Below, in pieces: positions 50,203-59,901 of a stretch of 64,000 bases of DNA. How positions within the stretch are numbered: the stretch's first letter is position 1; each line of letters begins with the position of its first letter. The DNA comes from Candidatus Hadarchaeota archaeon. GTDB taxonomy: Archaea > CAYQAE01 > CAYVLA01. Made by a program: the position numbers and the translations under genes. Below the pieces are notes generated by a model. That model ran no database searches. It saw only the letters and a list, made by a program, of their open reading frames with translations, and was not told where the DNA came from. Where the stretch lies: contig CAYVLA010000005.1 of NCBI GenBank assembly GCA_964452145.1, positions 1 to 64,000 on the forward strand, in the 5' to 3' direction.

Positions 50203-50967
50203 ATGCCATGGGCAGAAGGGACAATCATCGATTCCAACTGTTATCTTGGCAACTGGCCGACCCGAAGCCTACCGGCAACCACGGCCGTTGAACTCGCAGC
50301 CATGGCCCGGGATAATGGAATCGACAGCTGCCTTGTTTCGCCCCTTGATGGGATATTCCACACAAACACCACGGCGGCCAACGAGAAGCTTGCACAGATG
50401 CTTGCGGGCTTCGAGGAATCGATGGTTCCCCTCCCGGTTGTCAATCCAGCCTCCCCTATTTCGGGCCGTCCTATTGGAGGCTTCTTTAGACTGGCTCCGT
50501 CCTACCATGGATACTCCACCAGAAACAGGAAGTGCCGATCCGTCTTGGCGGATGCGGCGTCCAGGGGCCATTTGGTGTTACTCTCCCTTCGCATGAGGGA
50601 TGAAAGGCTCAACCATTCTCTTTTCCGCCCAAAGCGAGTGAACCTAGAGGATCTGATCAGTTCCGCTCGGGGTATCAAGGACATTCGGCTGGTCGTCAAC
50701 AACGCCAAGCCCAACGAGATGGAAGAGATCCTGCGTGATGCGCCTGATGGCACAATGGTCGGATGCGAATGGTCGATGCCCGTAGGTTTTCTTGAGAGAA
50801 TGGTCGAGCACTACGGGGACTGGAGGCTGATCTACGGTAGCAATGCGCCGCTCCACTACCACCAGTGCTCGCTTCTCCAAGTCCAACAGGCCGACATCCC
50901 AGGGGAGTCAAAACGAAGGATTCTTGGTGGCAACCTGGCAGAGCATCTACGAGACATAGCCCCGTGA
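50203..50967 (+). CDS. Amidohydrolase-fold protein with degenerate metal site
   Basis: IIDSNCYLGNWP, ANEKL, RLAPSYHGY, DER and LIYGSNAP. Confidence 0.75.
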   Translation: MPWAEGTIIDSNCYLGNWPTRSLPATTAVELAAMARDNGIDSCLVSPLDGIFHTNTTAANEKLAQMLAGFEESMVPLPVVNPASPISGRPIGGFFRLAPSYHGYSTRNRKCRSVLADAASRGHLVLLSLRMRDERLNHSLFRPKRVNLEDLISSARGIKDIRLVVNNAKPNEMEEILRDAPDGTMVGCEWSMPVGFLERMVEHYGDWRLIYGSNAPLHYHQCSLLQVQQADIPGESKRRILGGNLAEHLRDIAP

Positions 50968-51019
50968 GTCGCACAGTCTCAATAGAAGGGAGCGGCAACT
51001 AGGCAAGGCTTGGAGCACG

Positions 51020-52159
51020 CTAGACGGCTTCGTTGCGCCAGATGTAGAGGTCCAATGGCAGCAGGGCCCGGAGGAAGCGCATCCCCGGGGGCAGCTTCAG
51101 ATCTTCGGGGAACCCTGGGCCGAACAGAAGATGAGCCATGACAGGCTCCGGCAGCACCAGGCCGCTCCGTGGCTCGGACCTTTCCAGGCGGATGCCCTCT
51201 TTCTCGAAGGAGATCTTGATCGCTGCTGGGGCGCCCTTCATTCTCAGAGTGACGCTCTTCCCCGGAGGAAGATCCATCGCTTGGTAAGCGGCTGCCAACT
51301 GGGCCGAGAACGCGTTGAGCGTCGAGCCCAGGTCCAGTACCTTGAACATCCTCATCCAGTCAAGGTGCCAGCCCGAACTCAGCAGCCTAGCCGTCCGGTT
51401 CAAGGGATGGGACCAAGGCAGAAAGAGGCTGATCGACTCTAAGCCGAACTGGGCGATCATGTGGCTCAGAAGTGAGCACAGCCCTTCATCGCTTCCTGCG
51501 AACTCGTCCACCCTCGCTCGCTTCTGGTCCCTGTAGGCCACGGCGTAGGAATCCGGAATGCCTCCTTTGGTGACGATCCACGTCTCCTTCCCGCATCTGT
51601 TCAGGAAAACCCTTTGCAGATTGGCGTCCCTCTGCAACCCCAGCGGGTACGCGTATCTGAGGCGGAGAGTGGCCTCCATCTCGTGGGCGCTATTTCCATG
51701 CTCCACTACGTCGAATCCCTTCGGGGCCGGCATTCCCCCGAGCGAACGGGCCGAGATACTGTACTCCCATGAACGTCCGGCACACTCCCACCCAAAGCGA
51801 GCATAGCGCTGCCTGTCCCCAGCAAGGTCTGACATTGCATATCCCTGTCTTCTCAGCAGCTGGATGCAATTCCGAAGCAGGATGGTCATCAGACCCCTTC
51901 CCCTGCAGACGGGGTCCGTAGCCACCCAACCAATCCCCGCCACGCGGATCTGCGCTTGTCCCAGGGCCAAGGTTTGATCGGCCCACCCAACATGGCTAAC
52001 AACCCTATCCCCGTCCTTGATGATGAGTGAATTGCGCATGATGCGCTCACAGTACGGCCAGTTCCGACCGGCAAGATCCCTATCCCCCGGGAAACATCTG
52101 CCCACGAGTTCCATGATTGATTCGAGGTCCTCAGGCGTTGACCGGATGGGCCCCTTCAT
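51020..52159 (-). CDS. GNAT family acetyltransferase (Eis-like)
   Basis: VVSHVG, AGIGWVATDP..RGRGLMT and RYARFGWE. Confidence 0.85.
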   Translation of the reverse strand: MKGPIRSTPEDLESIMELVGRCFPGDRDLAGRNWPYCERIMRNSLIIKDGDRVVSHVGWADQTLALGQAQIRVAGIGWVATDPVCRGRGLMTILLRNCIQLLRRQGYAMSDLAGDRQRYARFGWECAGRSWEYSISARSLGGMPAPKGFDVVEHGNSAHEMEATLRLRYAYPLGLQRDANLQRVFLNRCGKETWIVTKGGIPDSYAVAYRDQKRARVDEFAGSDEGLCSLLSHMIAQFGLESISLFLPWSHPLNRTARLLSSGWHLDWMRMFKVLDLGSTLNAFSAQLAAAYQAMDLPPGKSVTLRMKGAPAAIKISFEKEGIRLERSEPRSGLVLPEPVMAHLLFGPGFPEDLKLPPGMRFLRALLPLDLYIWRNEAV

Positions 52160-52353
52160 CGATTCATCATCTCGGAATCGTACACGCCATGCCAATATGA
52201 GGCATCATCGCCCCGATACGTTCCGGGAAAGGGATTGGGCCGATCAAGGGATTCGCGGCGGCACCGACCCTTAAGGATGCCGATGGGATAGGCGGATCGT
52301 CCGGTATCACCATATCTAGGCGATTCTGTTGAAGATGCATCGGTCAGGGCTCC

Positions 52354-53760
52354 TCAAAGAGTCCTCTTGCGAGTCGATGCGACGACCCACCTCGACCGCC
52401 GTCGAAGCGCGTCGGTGAGTCTTCTCTGGCCAGCCGGAGGGAAGATTGCGGCTAGCAGGACCCCTGTGAGGAGGATCAAGCTCAAAGCGATCTCCAGTGC
52501 CCCTCCCCAGAGGAGGGCGAATACCAGGACGATCACTAGGAGGGGCCAAGCTAGGTAGAGGATGATGCTCCTGCGCCCCCCGGTCCGGATGCAGAAAAAG
52601 AGAGTTGCGATCGCGATCGGCACGAGCGCCCAGAAGGCGAGGGCCGCCCACGCAGACCCGACCACCGATGCCAGTATCAGAAGCATGACAGCCCCGATGA
52701 AATCCACCCCGCTCACAAGTCGTCCCAAGCCTATCCCGAGGGCTCCCACGCTGATGTGTCCCAGAAGCAGCCCGATGAGCACCCCTAGCGCCACCCCGCC
52801 GCCGAGCCAGAAATAGGGGCTGGAGATGAGGGCGTCGCCCAAGGTCGGACGTATCCCGCGTACGACGAGATCCGCATCGAGGGCCTTCAGGTCTCCTTGG
52901 TACCTGAGTGCCGCAAACCAAGCGTCTCCATCAAAAAGCGCGGCAAGCCTGGGCTCGATGTCATACAGGTCAGCTTCGTTGATCCGGAAGCGCACCGGAC
53001 TGCCCAGAACGCCGTAGAACGTGGCGAAGGACATGAATTGTGGAAGTTGATCCTGGTATATCGGTCCCTTGCTTATGGTGAAGACAGCCACGTCAACGCT
53101 GCCTGAGGCCATGGCGCTTATTCGCAGCGGGAAGTACAGGTCATCGGATCTGAACCTGTATATGATTGGCTCGATGCTCCGTGGCTCGGATGTGACATCG
53201 GTCACGTCCAGAACGAAGTATGGCTTGCCATCTTGGATGTACTGCGAAACGAGCGCGGACAGCCTCTCCGATGAGATCTCCTTGGCAAGGCCCAGATCAC
53301 TGAGGAACTGGCTCGCCCACTTCTCAAAACCATCAGCATCATCGGCCTTGACCACGGTTATGTCGTGCGCGCCGATTTTCTCGTGGAAGACTATGTCAAC
53401 GCCGGGCCCCCGGCCCTTACCGCCTTCACTAAGCATCTTGGCCTCACGAAGAAGGGTCTCGACGGCGGTGAATGGGGTCCAGTCCGTCGCCTCTATCAGA
53501 TCGGGCTTCGAGGGCAGTGGGAGGATCCCCAGGATCGTTGACCGGGAGTCGGCATAGACATCGGTCGATAGGATCAGGACCTCATCGACCCCGTTCCAGG
53601 CCACTATGGCTTTCTGTCCGGGCCCGAAGACGGAGACATCCGCTAAGGGCAGCATCCCCCGGTCTGCCAAAACGTTCGGCAAGGCGGGACCCACAACGAT
53701 GATCGCAAGAAGGACTCTGACAAGACTGCATTGATGCAAGGCGTCAACCCCTCTGCTCAA
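52354..53760 (-). CDS. DUF2330-like exported domain with C-terminal multi-pass membrane region
   Basis: GQKAIVAWNG.DEVLIL, ILPLPSKP, IGAHDITVV and PIIYRF....YFPLRIS; several C-terminal TMs. Confidence 0.7.
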   Translation of the reverse strand: MSRGVDALHQCSLVRVLLAIIVVGPALPNVLADRGMLPLADVSVFGPGQKAIVAWNGVDEVLILSTDVYADSRSTILGILPLPSKPDLIEATDWTPFTAVETLLREAKMLSEGGKGRGPGVDIVFHEKIGAHDITVVKADDADGFEKWASQFLSDLGLAKEISSERLSALVSQYIQDGKPYFVLDVTDVTSEPRSIEPIIYRFRSDDLYFPLRISAMASGSVDVAVFTISKGPIYQDQLPQFMSFATFYGVLGSPVRFRINEADLYDIEPRLAALFDGDAWFAALRYQGDLKALDADLVVRGIRPTLGDALISSPYFWLGGGVALGVLIGLLLGHISVGALGIGLGRLVSGVDFIGAVMLLILASVVGSAWAALAFWALVPIAIATLFFCIRTGGRRSIILYLAWPLLVIVLVFALLWGGALEIALSLILLTGVLLAAIFPPAGQRRLTDALRRRSRWVVASTRKRTL

Positions 53761-53900
53761 GAAAGCAGCGTGCTTTCTGATAAATCCTCTCCCAATTGAC
53801 TGGTTGATTGGGCTACAGCTAGGGCGAACGGGCAGCCACCAACCCGGTCAGGGCACTTCTCGCGCCTGTCATCGATCGCTCGCCGTCAGCGTCTTCGTAG

Positions 53901-55151
53901 CTACCTCTCGGCCCGAGTCACGCCGACCTCCTTGTACAACTTCCTCCTGACCAGAAGCGAGTAGACGACGAATCCGCATGCGAAGAACGTGCCGGTGACA
54001 GCCAACCACTCGGTTATGTAAACCCAGAGTAGCGCCCTATCCTTCAGCTTCATGGCATCGTTTGCCGCCGAGAGGATCTGGGCCAGGGCCCGGTCGATTG
54101 TGTTCCAGGCCGCTTCGTAGTCCTGTTCCCGGTACCGGGCGAAGGACGCCTCCTTAAGATCGTCCACCCCTGTTATCCGCTGTTCGATGCTCGCCGTGTT
54201 GCCCCCGAACCTGTCCACGAACTCCAGCAATGAGTACAAGAGGAGCCGCTCCTCGTTGTACCTCCAATACCTGTTTCGCAGCTCATGAAGCATGGAGATG
54301 TCCTGCGGGAGCCTGCGCCCGGTGGAGTAGAGAAGGATGTTGAGGAAGATGTCCATACCGTAGTCGTTCGTTCTGGGCGACCACCAAGCATGATCCAGGT
54401 CGTCCGCCACGGCCCAGAACAGGCCCCCGCGGGATCCGGTTTGCCACGACACCAACCAGTCGCCCGGAGCACCAACAGGAAGGCCACTCGATGCCATCTT
54501 TCCCCAGATCGTAACGCCCGCCTTAGGATAGAGGTAGGTGAAGCCCGATCCAGATAGCCTTTCGATCCCGAATACAACAAACATTGATAGGACCTGAGGA
54601 TCGTTCTTGGCAACCCTGATGCGGAACGGGGCTCCGTCCTGTCTCATGTTGTCGGTCAGTTGGACGGGAAGGAGGTCGCACAGGACCGAGTTCTTCCATC
54701 CCGGATAAGCCTTGTAACTGGGACCGGATAGATCGCCCCCCATCGTGACGAAGGCACCGACGCCGTTCTCCATGGCATACCTGATGTCGGCTTGCTGAGA
54801 CGGGGTGAAGGGCTCGATGTAACCGTCCGGAAAGGCGATGAACTCAAAGCTTTCCATCAACGCGTTCCGCGTCTTGGGGAAGTAGATCCTGATGTATCTG
54901 CGCCACGCATCCTCCATCACGCGCTGCCCGGCAACCCCTTGTCCCGCCATCACGTCGATGTCGGTGGGGATGAGGAGATAGTCTACCAGGGGGTCGGCTT
55001 CGAACCAGATCGGGATCAGGCACTCCCCAGGCATGACCTGGCCTATGGCCAAGACGTTGAGCCTCTCGGTGCACAGGGCCCCGGGCACTACAAGCAGGAT
55101 CAAGGGAATCGCGAAGGCGACCTCCGCAACCATGTACTGCGATCTGGGCAA
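53901..55151 (-). CDS. Family A membrane protein, copy 8
   Basis: RIYFPK, EFVDRFGGN, ALLWVYITEW...YSLLVRRKLYKEVGVTR. Confidence 0.85.
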   Translation of the reverse strand: MPRSQYMVAEVAFAIPLILLVVPGALCTERLNVLAIGQVMPGECLIPIWFEADPLVDYLLIPTDIDVMAGQGVAGQRVMEDAWRRYIRIYFPKTRNALMESFEFIAFPDGYIEPFTPSQQADIRYAMENGVGAFVTMGGDLSGPSYKAYPGWKNSVLCDLLPVQLTDNMRQDGAPFRIRVAKNDPQVLSMFVVFGIERLSGSGFTYLYPKAGVTIWGKMASSGLPVGAPGDWLVSWQTGSRGGLFWAVADDLDHAWWSPRTNDYGMDIFLNILLYSTGRRLPQDISMLHELRNRYWRYNEERLLLYSLLEFVDRFGGNTASIEQRITGVDDLKEASFARYREQDYEAAWNTIDRALAQILSAANDAMKLKDRALLWVYITEWLAVTGTFFACGFVVYSLLVRRKLYKEVGVTRAER

Positions 55152-55250
55152 GGAGAGTCCCCTAGAGAAAGGACGTCGGTGCAGCTCTTAAGGGTTTTGA
55201 AGAGGAAGAAAGAGGCAAAGACTCGGGGAGCCCCCGACCCCCTCTAGGAC

Positions 55251-55724
55251 CTATCTGGGGACAAGGGACATCCTGTCGTCCACAGACAGCCTTCCAGCAA
55301 GGCCAGCGCCCCGGATCGTTATCGTCACGTCGCCCGAGAGGGACCGAAGCGTCACGACGTTGCGCGAGCGGTCAACCTCCGTCACGACGCACGCGATCTC
55401 ATCGGGAAGTCCATCTCCACCCATTCTGCCTCTCTCAGCGTCCCTGTACGCGCGTAGGAGCTCCCGGCCCTCGGTGCTTAGGATCGACCTGCCTCCCTCC
55501 CGGCCACCTCGGAACGACACCACGACGGGAGAACCGAAGGCATCGGCCATCCTAGACACCATGTCCCAGGCATGCCTATAGGAAAGCCCCATCCTGGAGG
55601 CGGCCTGCCTTATGGAGCCCGTTGCGTCGATCTCCTCCAGCAACCTTGCCCTACCCTTGCCTATGAGGGGCTTGCCCTCCTTCTCGATCCATACCTTGGC
55701 TCGAGCGGTGCCCGTGTCATCCAC
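55251..55724 (-). CDS. modE: ModE-family winged-helix regulator with short C-terminal TOBE-like domain
   Basis: KVWIE.EG..LIG.GRA.LLEEID.TGSI.QAA..MGLSYRHAW...GG..GG.S.LS.EG. Confidence 0.85.
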   Translation of the reverse strand: MDDTGTARAKVWIEKEGKPLIGKGRARLLEEIDATGSIRQAASRMGLSYRHAWDMVSRMADAFGSPVVVSFRGGREGGRSILSTEGRELLRAYRDAERGRMGGDGLPDEIACVVTEVDRSRNVVTLRSLSGDVTITIRGAGLAGRLSVDDRMSLVPR

Positions 55725-56439
55725 CTCGGAGCATTCTGTATCTCCTGATGATCTCCTCGATTACGTTGCCATCCTCGACCCTAGCCCCAAGATGCCTGAG
55801 GATCTCGGGCGAGTAGATCCATGCCTCTCTTTCGTTGAAGGATACGCACCTCATATCTTCCAGCTTCAGTGTGGGATAGCAGGAGCTCAAGAGATACGTG
55901 TAGGCGGCGACCTGGGGCATTGAGCATAGGAACCTGCCCTCAGGTTTGTAGTCGATGATCTCCATACAGCTCGGACAGATCCTCACCAAGTCGACGTGTC
56001 CCGTCAGCCTCAGAAAACCCGACCAGACCGGAACCTCCATCGCCACCATGCCCAATTCGTTCTTCAGCAGGTAGTCTTGGACCTGAAAATGTCTGTCTGG
56101 CACCTTCCTCAGGCGGGCTACGGATCCGCATATCGGTTCAAAGGCACCCTCCCCGGCGCAGGTATCCAGAATACCTTCGTCCTCCATATGGGAGATGAAC
56201 CACTCATCCGAGACACGCCTTGGCATTCTGAGCCTCGACGCGCGGTCATACTGCTCGCTTTCGAAGGCGTTGAGGGGGATTCTGCCCTGTGCGACCGAGA
56301 GCAAGGCATACCAAAGATCCCTGCTGTGATTCTGGTCGAACTGCCGGTGATGCTGGAGGTTCCATTGGAACAGATACCTGACGCCGAGGTGTCTGAAGCC
56401 CTTCCTGACGATGATCCTGTGATCCATATCTTCAGCCAA
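55717..56439 (-). CDS. PD-(D/E)XK (RecB/Cas4-like) nuclease family protein
   Basis: EVPVW...LTGHVDLV...IIDYKP...PQVAAY. Confidence 0.75.
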   Translation of the reverse strand: MAEDMDHRIIVRKGFRHLGVRYLFQWNLQHHRQFDQNHSRDLWYALLSVAQGRIPLNAFESEQYDRASRLRMPRRVSDEWFISHMEDEGILDTCAGEGAFEPICGSVARLRKVPDRHFQVQDYLLKNELGMVAMEVPVWSGFLRLTGHVDLVRICPSCMEIIDYKPEGRFLCSMPQVAAYTYLLSSCYPTLKLEDMRCVSFNEREAWIYSPEILRHLGARVEDGNVIEEIIRRYRMLRGG

Positions 56440-56450
56440 TGGATCGGCAC

Positions 56451-56846
56451 CTACTGCTCGGCCATTATGTAGCGGGTCTGCTCGATCCCGCGGATCCCCC
56501 TGATCCTAGAGATGAGGATGCGCATCTCGTCGCTCTTGCCCTTGGTCAGAAAGACCGTGATGTTCCTATCGCCGCTGATCCTGAAGGTCACCTCGCCTTC
56601 AATGAGCCTTGAGAACTGGGATCTAAGGCGGTTGATCCGTCCCGTTTCGTCCTCGCCGGCCCGGTAGACGAACATAATCGCGTCGTAGACATCTTCCTTT
56701 ACCCTGCGGTACATCCTCTGCTCGGATATGTAGCTCCTGATTGCGTCTCTTATGGCCTCGCTTCTGGATGAGTAGCCCACGACCTCCTCCATGAGCTGAA
56801 GTTCCTTCATCAGGGCCTCCGGGATGTTCAGGCTCACGATCGGCAT
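56451..56846 (-). CDS. CopG/NikR-family ribbon-helix-helix regulator with ACT-like C-domain
   Basis: IVSLNIPE.L...GYSSRSEAIRDAIRSY plus a NikR_C-like tail ending IRGI.Q. Confidence 0.85.
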   Translation of the reverse strand: MPIVSLNIPEALMKELQLMEEVVGYSSRSEAIRDAIRSYISEQRMYRRVKEDVYDAIMFVYRAGEDETGRINRLRSQFSRLIEGEVTFRISGDRNITVFLTKGKSDEMRILISRIRGIRGIEQTRYIMAEQ

Positions 56847-57238
56847 TGGGGTCTCCGTCGCGACTCGTCGTCAGTTCACCTTAAATCTTTCGCCGTTGCT
56901 GGTGGTGGCCGAGCTGCTCAGGTGTGGTCGAACGCGTGTGCGAGATCCAGTGTGATCATCTGCATTGACATGGTAAGCGTCAGGCGGAAGTTGCGGAGGG
57001 CGACTTGTCTTAAGACTGCTGATGGTTGTGAGAGATCTTTGCCGAGATCCCTCCTGCGGTGAACTGGCTGTGCAGCCGTCGGCCATTATCAACATCTCTC
57101 CGTCCGAGACGCTGGTTGTTCAGGGAGGCATGATGCGTGAGATACTGCCGGGGCGACGGCCGATCCAGACTGGGTCCGGTGATGATGCTAGGGTGGTAGG
57201 ATCGTCGCTCTCGTTGCCTCCCGGGTCCTTGACCGGGC

Positions 57239-59542
57239 TCACGAGTCCATCAGAACCTGGGCGGCTGCAACTTGGCCAAGACTTACGCATCCGTCTCCGG
57301 GCGGCAGGTAGACATGCTTGACAAGCTCTCTTCCCAGGTTCGCCTCCATCACCGAAACGATCTGCCGGTTGTACATCACCCCGCCGGAGGCCGCGACAGC
57401 ATCCGGTGCCAGGTCCTCGGCGCATAGGTCGGCGAGTTCGGCCAGGCCCCTAGCAATGGCTGTCTGAGAGGAAGCCGCAACATCCTCCCTGGATCGCCTG
57501 TGCTCCAAGGCCTCCACCGCCCCCTGTACAAGGGCCGTTGTGTTCAGAATGTACCTGCCCTCCCATCTTTCCACCACGACCGGAATGTCCACGGCCTCGC
57601 CATCTCCGCGGCCTGCGACGCCTTCCAGCCTCATCGCGCCTTCTCCCTCGTAGGTTCGCCGGAAGCTGATGCCCAGCAGAACCGATATGGCGTCGAGAAT
57701 CCTTCCTGTGCTCGTCGTATACGACACGTTGTAACCCGTCTGTAGCTGGCGCAGTATCAAACCCAACTCACGTTCCCCCTTGGCTAGGCCATCGAAGCAG
57801 AACCGCCTGATCAGTCTGCTGATCCTCTTTTCCTCGTATACTTGAGATAGGATGCCCACCAGCATCCTGATCGGGTAGATAGCGGCAAGGTCCCCTCCTA
57901 TGAGGGGCTGGGGCTTGAGAAATGCCATCCTCTCCGTCTTCGGTCCTACCGCTAGAATCTCGCCTCCCCATGCCTGGTTCGGGGTGCCGTACCCTACCCC
58001 ATCGCACACTATCCCCAGGACCTGCTTGTCACGGTCGATGCCGTTCTCGGCCATGACGCTGTGGAGATGGGCGAAATGGTGCTGAACCGGGAACGCTGGG
58101 CATGACCACCTCTCGGCCAAGGATTGCGCCAACTTCGTCGAGAGAAAGGCTGGATGGAGGTCATGGGCCACAGCGTCTAGGCGCAGCGTGTTCGTGGTCC
58201 TCATCAGCGCCGAGATGGCGTCCTTGAGGTAGTTGAAAGTGTCGAAGTTGGATGTGTTCCCGATGTGCTGGGTGAGATACGCCAGGCCGTCCTTGGCGAT
58301 GCATGCCGTGGATGATAGTTCCGGGCCCACGCCCAGCACGGCTTTCTCACCTTTCCAGGGCAGAGGAATGGGATGTGGTACGTATCCCCTGCTCCTTCGG
58401 ATCATAACCGGGTGGGACTGATGAAACCTCACCACGCTATCATCGCATCGATTCACTATCTCCCTGTCGTGCCAGAGGATGTAGTCTATCCCTCGAAGCC
58501 TGTCCCTGAGCCTGGCGGCTTCAAGGATCATCGGCTCATCGTGTACGTTCGCGGAGGTCATTACCAGAGCCGGCTCCTTGCTGGCGGCCAGAACCATGTG
58601 GTGGAGAGGTGTGTAGGGAAGCATAACGCCTATGTTACCCAGATCGGGGGCAAGCATGGAGGAGAGCGGGAAAGGCTCCCGTTTATCAAGCACGACTATC
58701 GGCCTTCTCCAATCCGTGAGGGCTTCCTCCTCCCTTTGGCCAACGACAGCGAAGGTGCGAGCATCTTGGAGTGAGCGGGCCATGATGGCGAAGGGTTGGT
58801 AGGGCCTCTTGAGTATCCTCCTCAACCTCCTGATGGGCCTGTCTTCCAGCACACCGCATGCCAGATGGCTTCCCCCGATGCCTTTGATCGCGACCAGGTG
58901 CCCGCGGCCAAGAAGGGTGGCCGCGCGCCTGACCGGGTCCGAGCATCTGATCCTGTGGCCTTCCGGCCCAATGAGCCACACCTTGGGCCCGCAGGCCGGA
59001 CAGGAAATGGTCTGGGCATGGTATCTCCTGTCACCCGGGTCGGTGTACTCGGCTAGACAATCGCGGCAGAGGGTGAAGGGCTTCATGGAGGTGTTGTCTC
59101 GGTCGAAGGGGGCCCCCCTGGATATTGTGAACCTCGGTCCGCAGTCGGTACATGTGACGAAAGGGTATCCATGGCGTCGATCCTGGGGGTTCGTCAGCTC
59201 GGCCAGGCAAAGATCACAGGTTGCGACGTCCTGCGGTATGAAGGAAACGGAGGCCGCCTCATCGGGTATCCCGCTTTCGAGTATGTGAAAGCCCTCACGA
59301 CGGTTTTGGACGACCTCTTGCGTATTAAGGGTGAAGATCTCGGCGAGGGGAGGGAGCGAGGCTCTCAGCTTGGCAAGGAAGACATCTATGGTGGCCTTCT
59401 CGCCATCAAGCAGGATCTCCACGTTGCCGTTGCCCATGTTCCGGACATGACCTGAGAGGCCCAGCGCTAGTGCAAGCCTGTAAACCGAGGGCCGGAAGCC
59501 GACGCCCTGCACCCTGCCCTGAGCCGAGACCCTCAGCTGCAT
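57239..59542 (-). CDS. hypF: Carbamoyltransferase HypF
   Basis: Acylphosphatase GRVQGVGFRP, two CxxC-x18-CxxC zinc fingers, KGIGG.HL, RRSRGYVP, QHHFAH and PGDG.VSLGQ. Confidence 0.97.
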   Translation of the reverse strand: MQLRVSAQGRVQGVGFRPSVYRLALALGLSGHVRNMGNGNVEILLDGEKATIDVFLAKLRASLPPLAEIFTLNTQEVVQNRREGFHILESGIPDEAASVSFIPQDVATCDLCLAELTNPQDRRHGYPFVTCTDCGPRFTISRGAPFDRDNTSMKPFTLCRDCLAEYTDPGDRRYHAQTISCPACGPKVWLIGPEGHRIRCSDPVRRAATLLGRGHLVAIKGIGGSHLACGVLEDRPIRRLRRILKRPYQPFAIMARSLQDARTFAVVGQREEEALTDWRRPIVVLDKREPFPLSSMLAPDLGNIGVMLPYTPLHHMVLAASKEPALVMTSANVHDEPMILEAARLRDRLRGIDYILWHDREIVNRCDDSVVRFHQSHPVMIRRSRGYVPHPIPLPWKGEKAVLGVGPELSSTACIAKDGLAYLTQHIGNTSNFDTFNYLKDAISALMRTTNTLRLDAVAHDLHPAFLSTKLAQSLAERWSCPAFPVQHHFAHLHSVMAENGIDRDKQVLGIVCDGVGYGTPNQAWGGEILAVGPKTERMAFLKPQPLIGGDLAAIYPIRMLVGILSQVYEEKRISRLIRRFCFDGLAKGERELGLILRQLQTGYNVSYTTSTGRILDAISVLLGISFRRTYEGEGAMRLEGVAGRGDGEAVDIPVVVERWEGRYILNTTALVQGAVEALEHRRSREDVAASSQTAIARGLAELADLCAEDLAPDAVAASGGVMYNRQIVSVMEANLGRELVKHVYLPPGDGCVSLGQVAAAQVLMDS

Positions 59543-59673
59543 CCAACCCCGGACCCATAGGGAGATCAAAAATCTAATCCCGGATGCCATTGATTCCCGG
59601 CTTGGCGGAATGCTGCCCCGATCTGCAAAGATTTTTTTGTCGTCCGGGGACGATTGCCAAGGAGGTCGTCGAC

Positions 59674-59901
59674 TTGTGTCTGGCAATACCCGGCAGACTC
59701 GAGGCTATGGAAGGCAGGAGTGGCGTTGTCGATTTCGGCGGCATCAGACACAGGGTTGACATATCACTCCTCGACAAGGTGAAGGTGGGAGACTACCTCA
59801 TAGTTCACGCAGGTTTCGCCATCCAGATCCTAGACGAGGACGAAGCGCTAGAGACCCTCCATCTCATTCGACAGCTTGAGGAGATGGCGGGGCAGGAGTG
59901 A
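59674..59901 (+). CDS. hypC: Hydrogenase maturation protein HypC
   Basis: MCLAIPG start (TTG after AGGAGG); VGDYLIVHAGFAI...DEDEA. Confidence 0.96.
   Translation: MCLAIPGRLEAMEGRSGVVDFGGIRHRVDISLLDKVKVGDYLIVHAGFAIQILDEDEALETLHLIRQLEEMAGQE

Noticed and set aside
9663..55151. Diversity-generating retroelement as the source of family A variation
   Set aside because: No reverse transcriptase and no near-identical TR/VR nucleotide repeats are visible; the paralogs look anciently diverged, and their C-termini are conserved rather than variable.
55717..56439. Possible Cas4 / CRISPR locus
   Set aside because: No C-terminal Fe-S cysteine cluster pattern, no other cas genes, and no repeat-spacer array seen in the window.
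56871..57238. Short ORFs between the NikR-like gene and hypF
   Set aside because: No recognisable motif, RBS or consistent coding signal; left unannotated.
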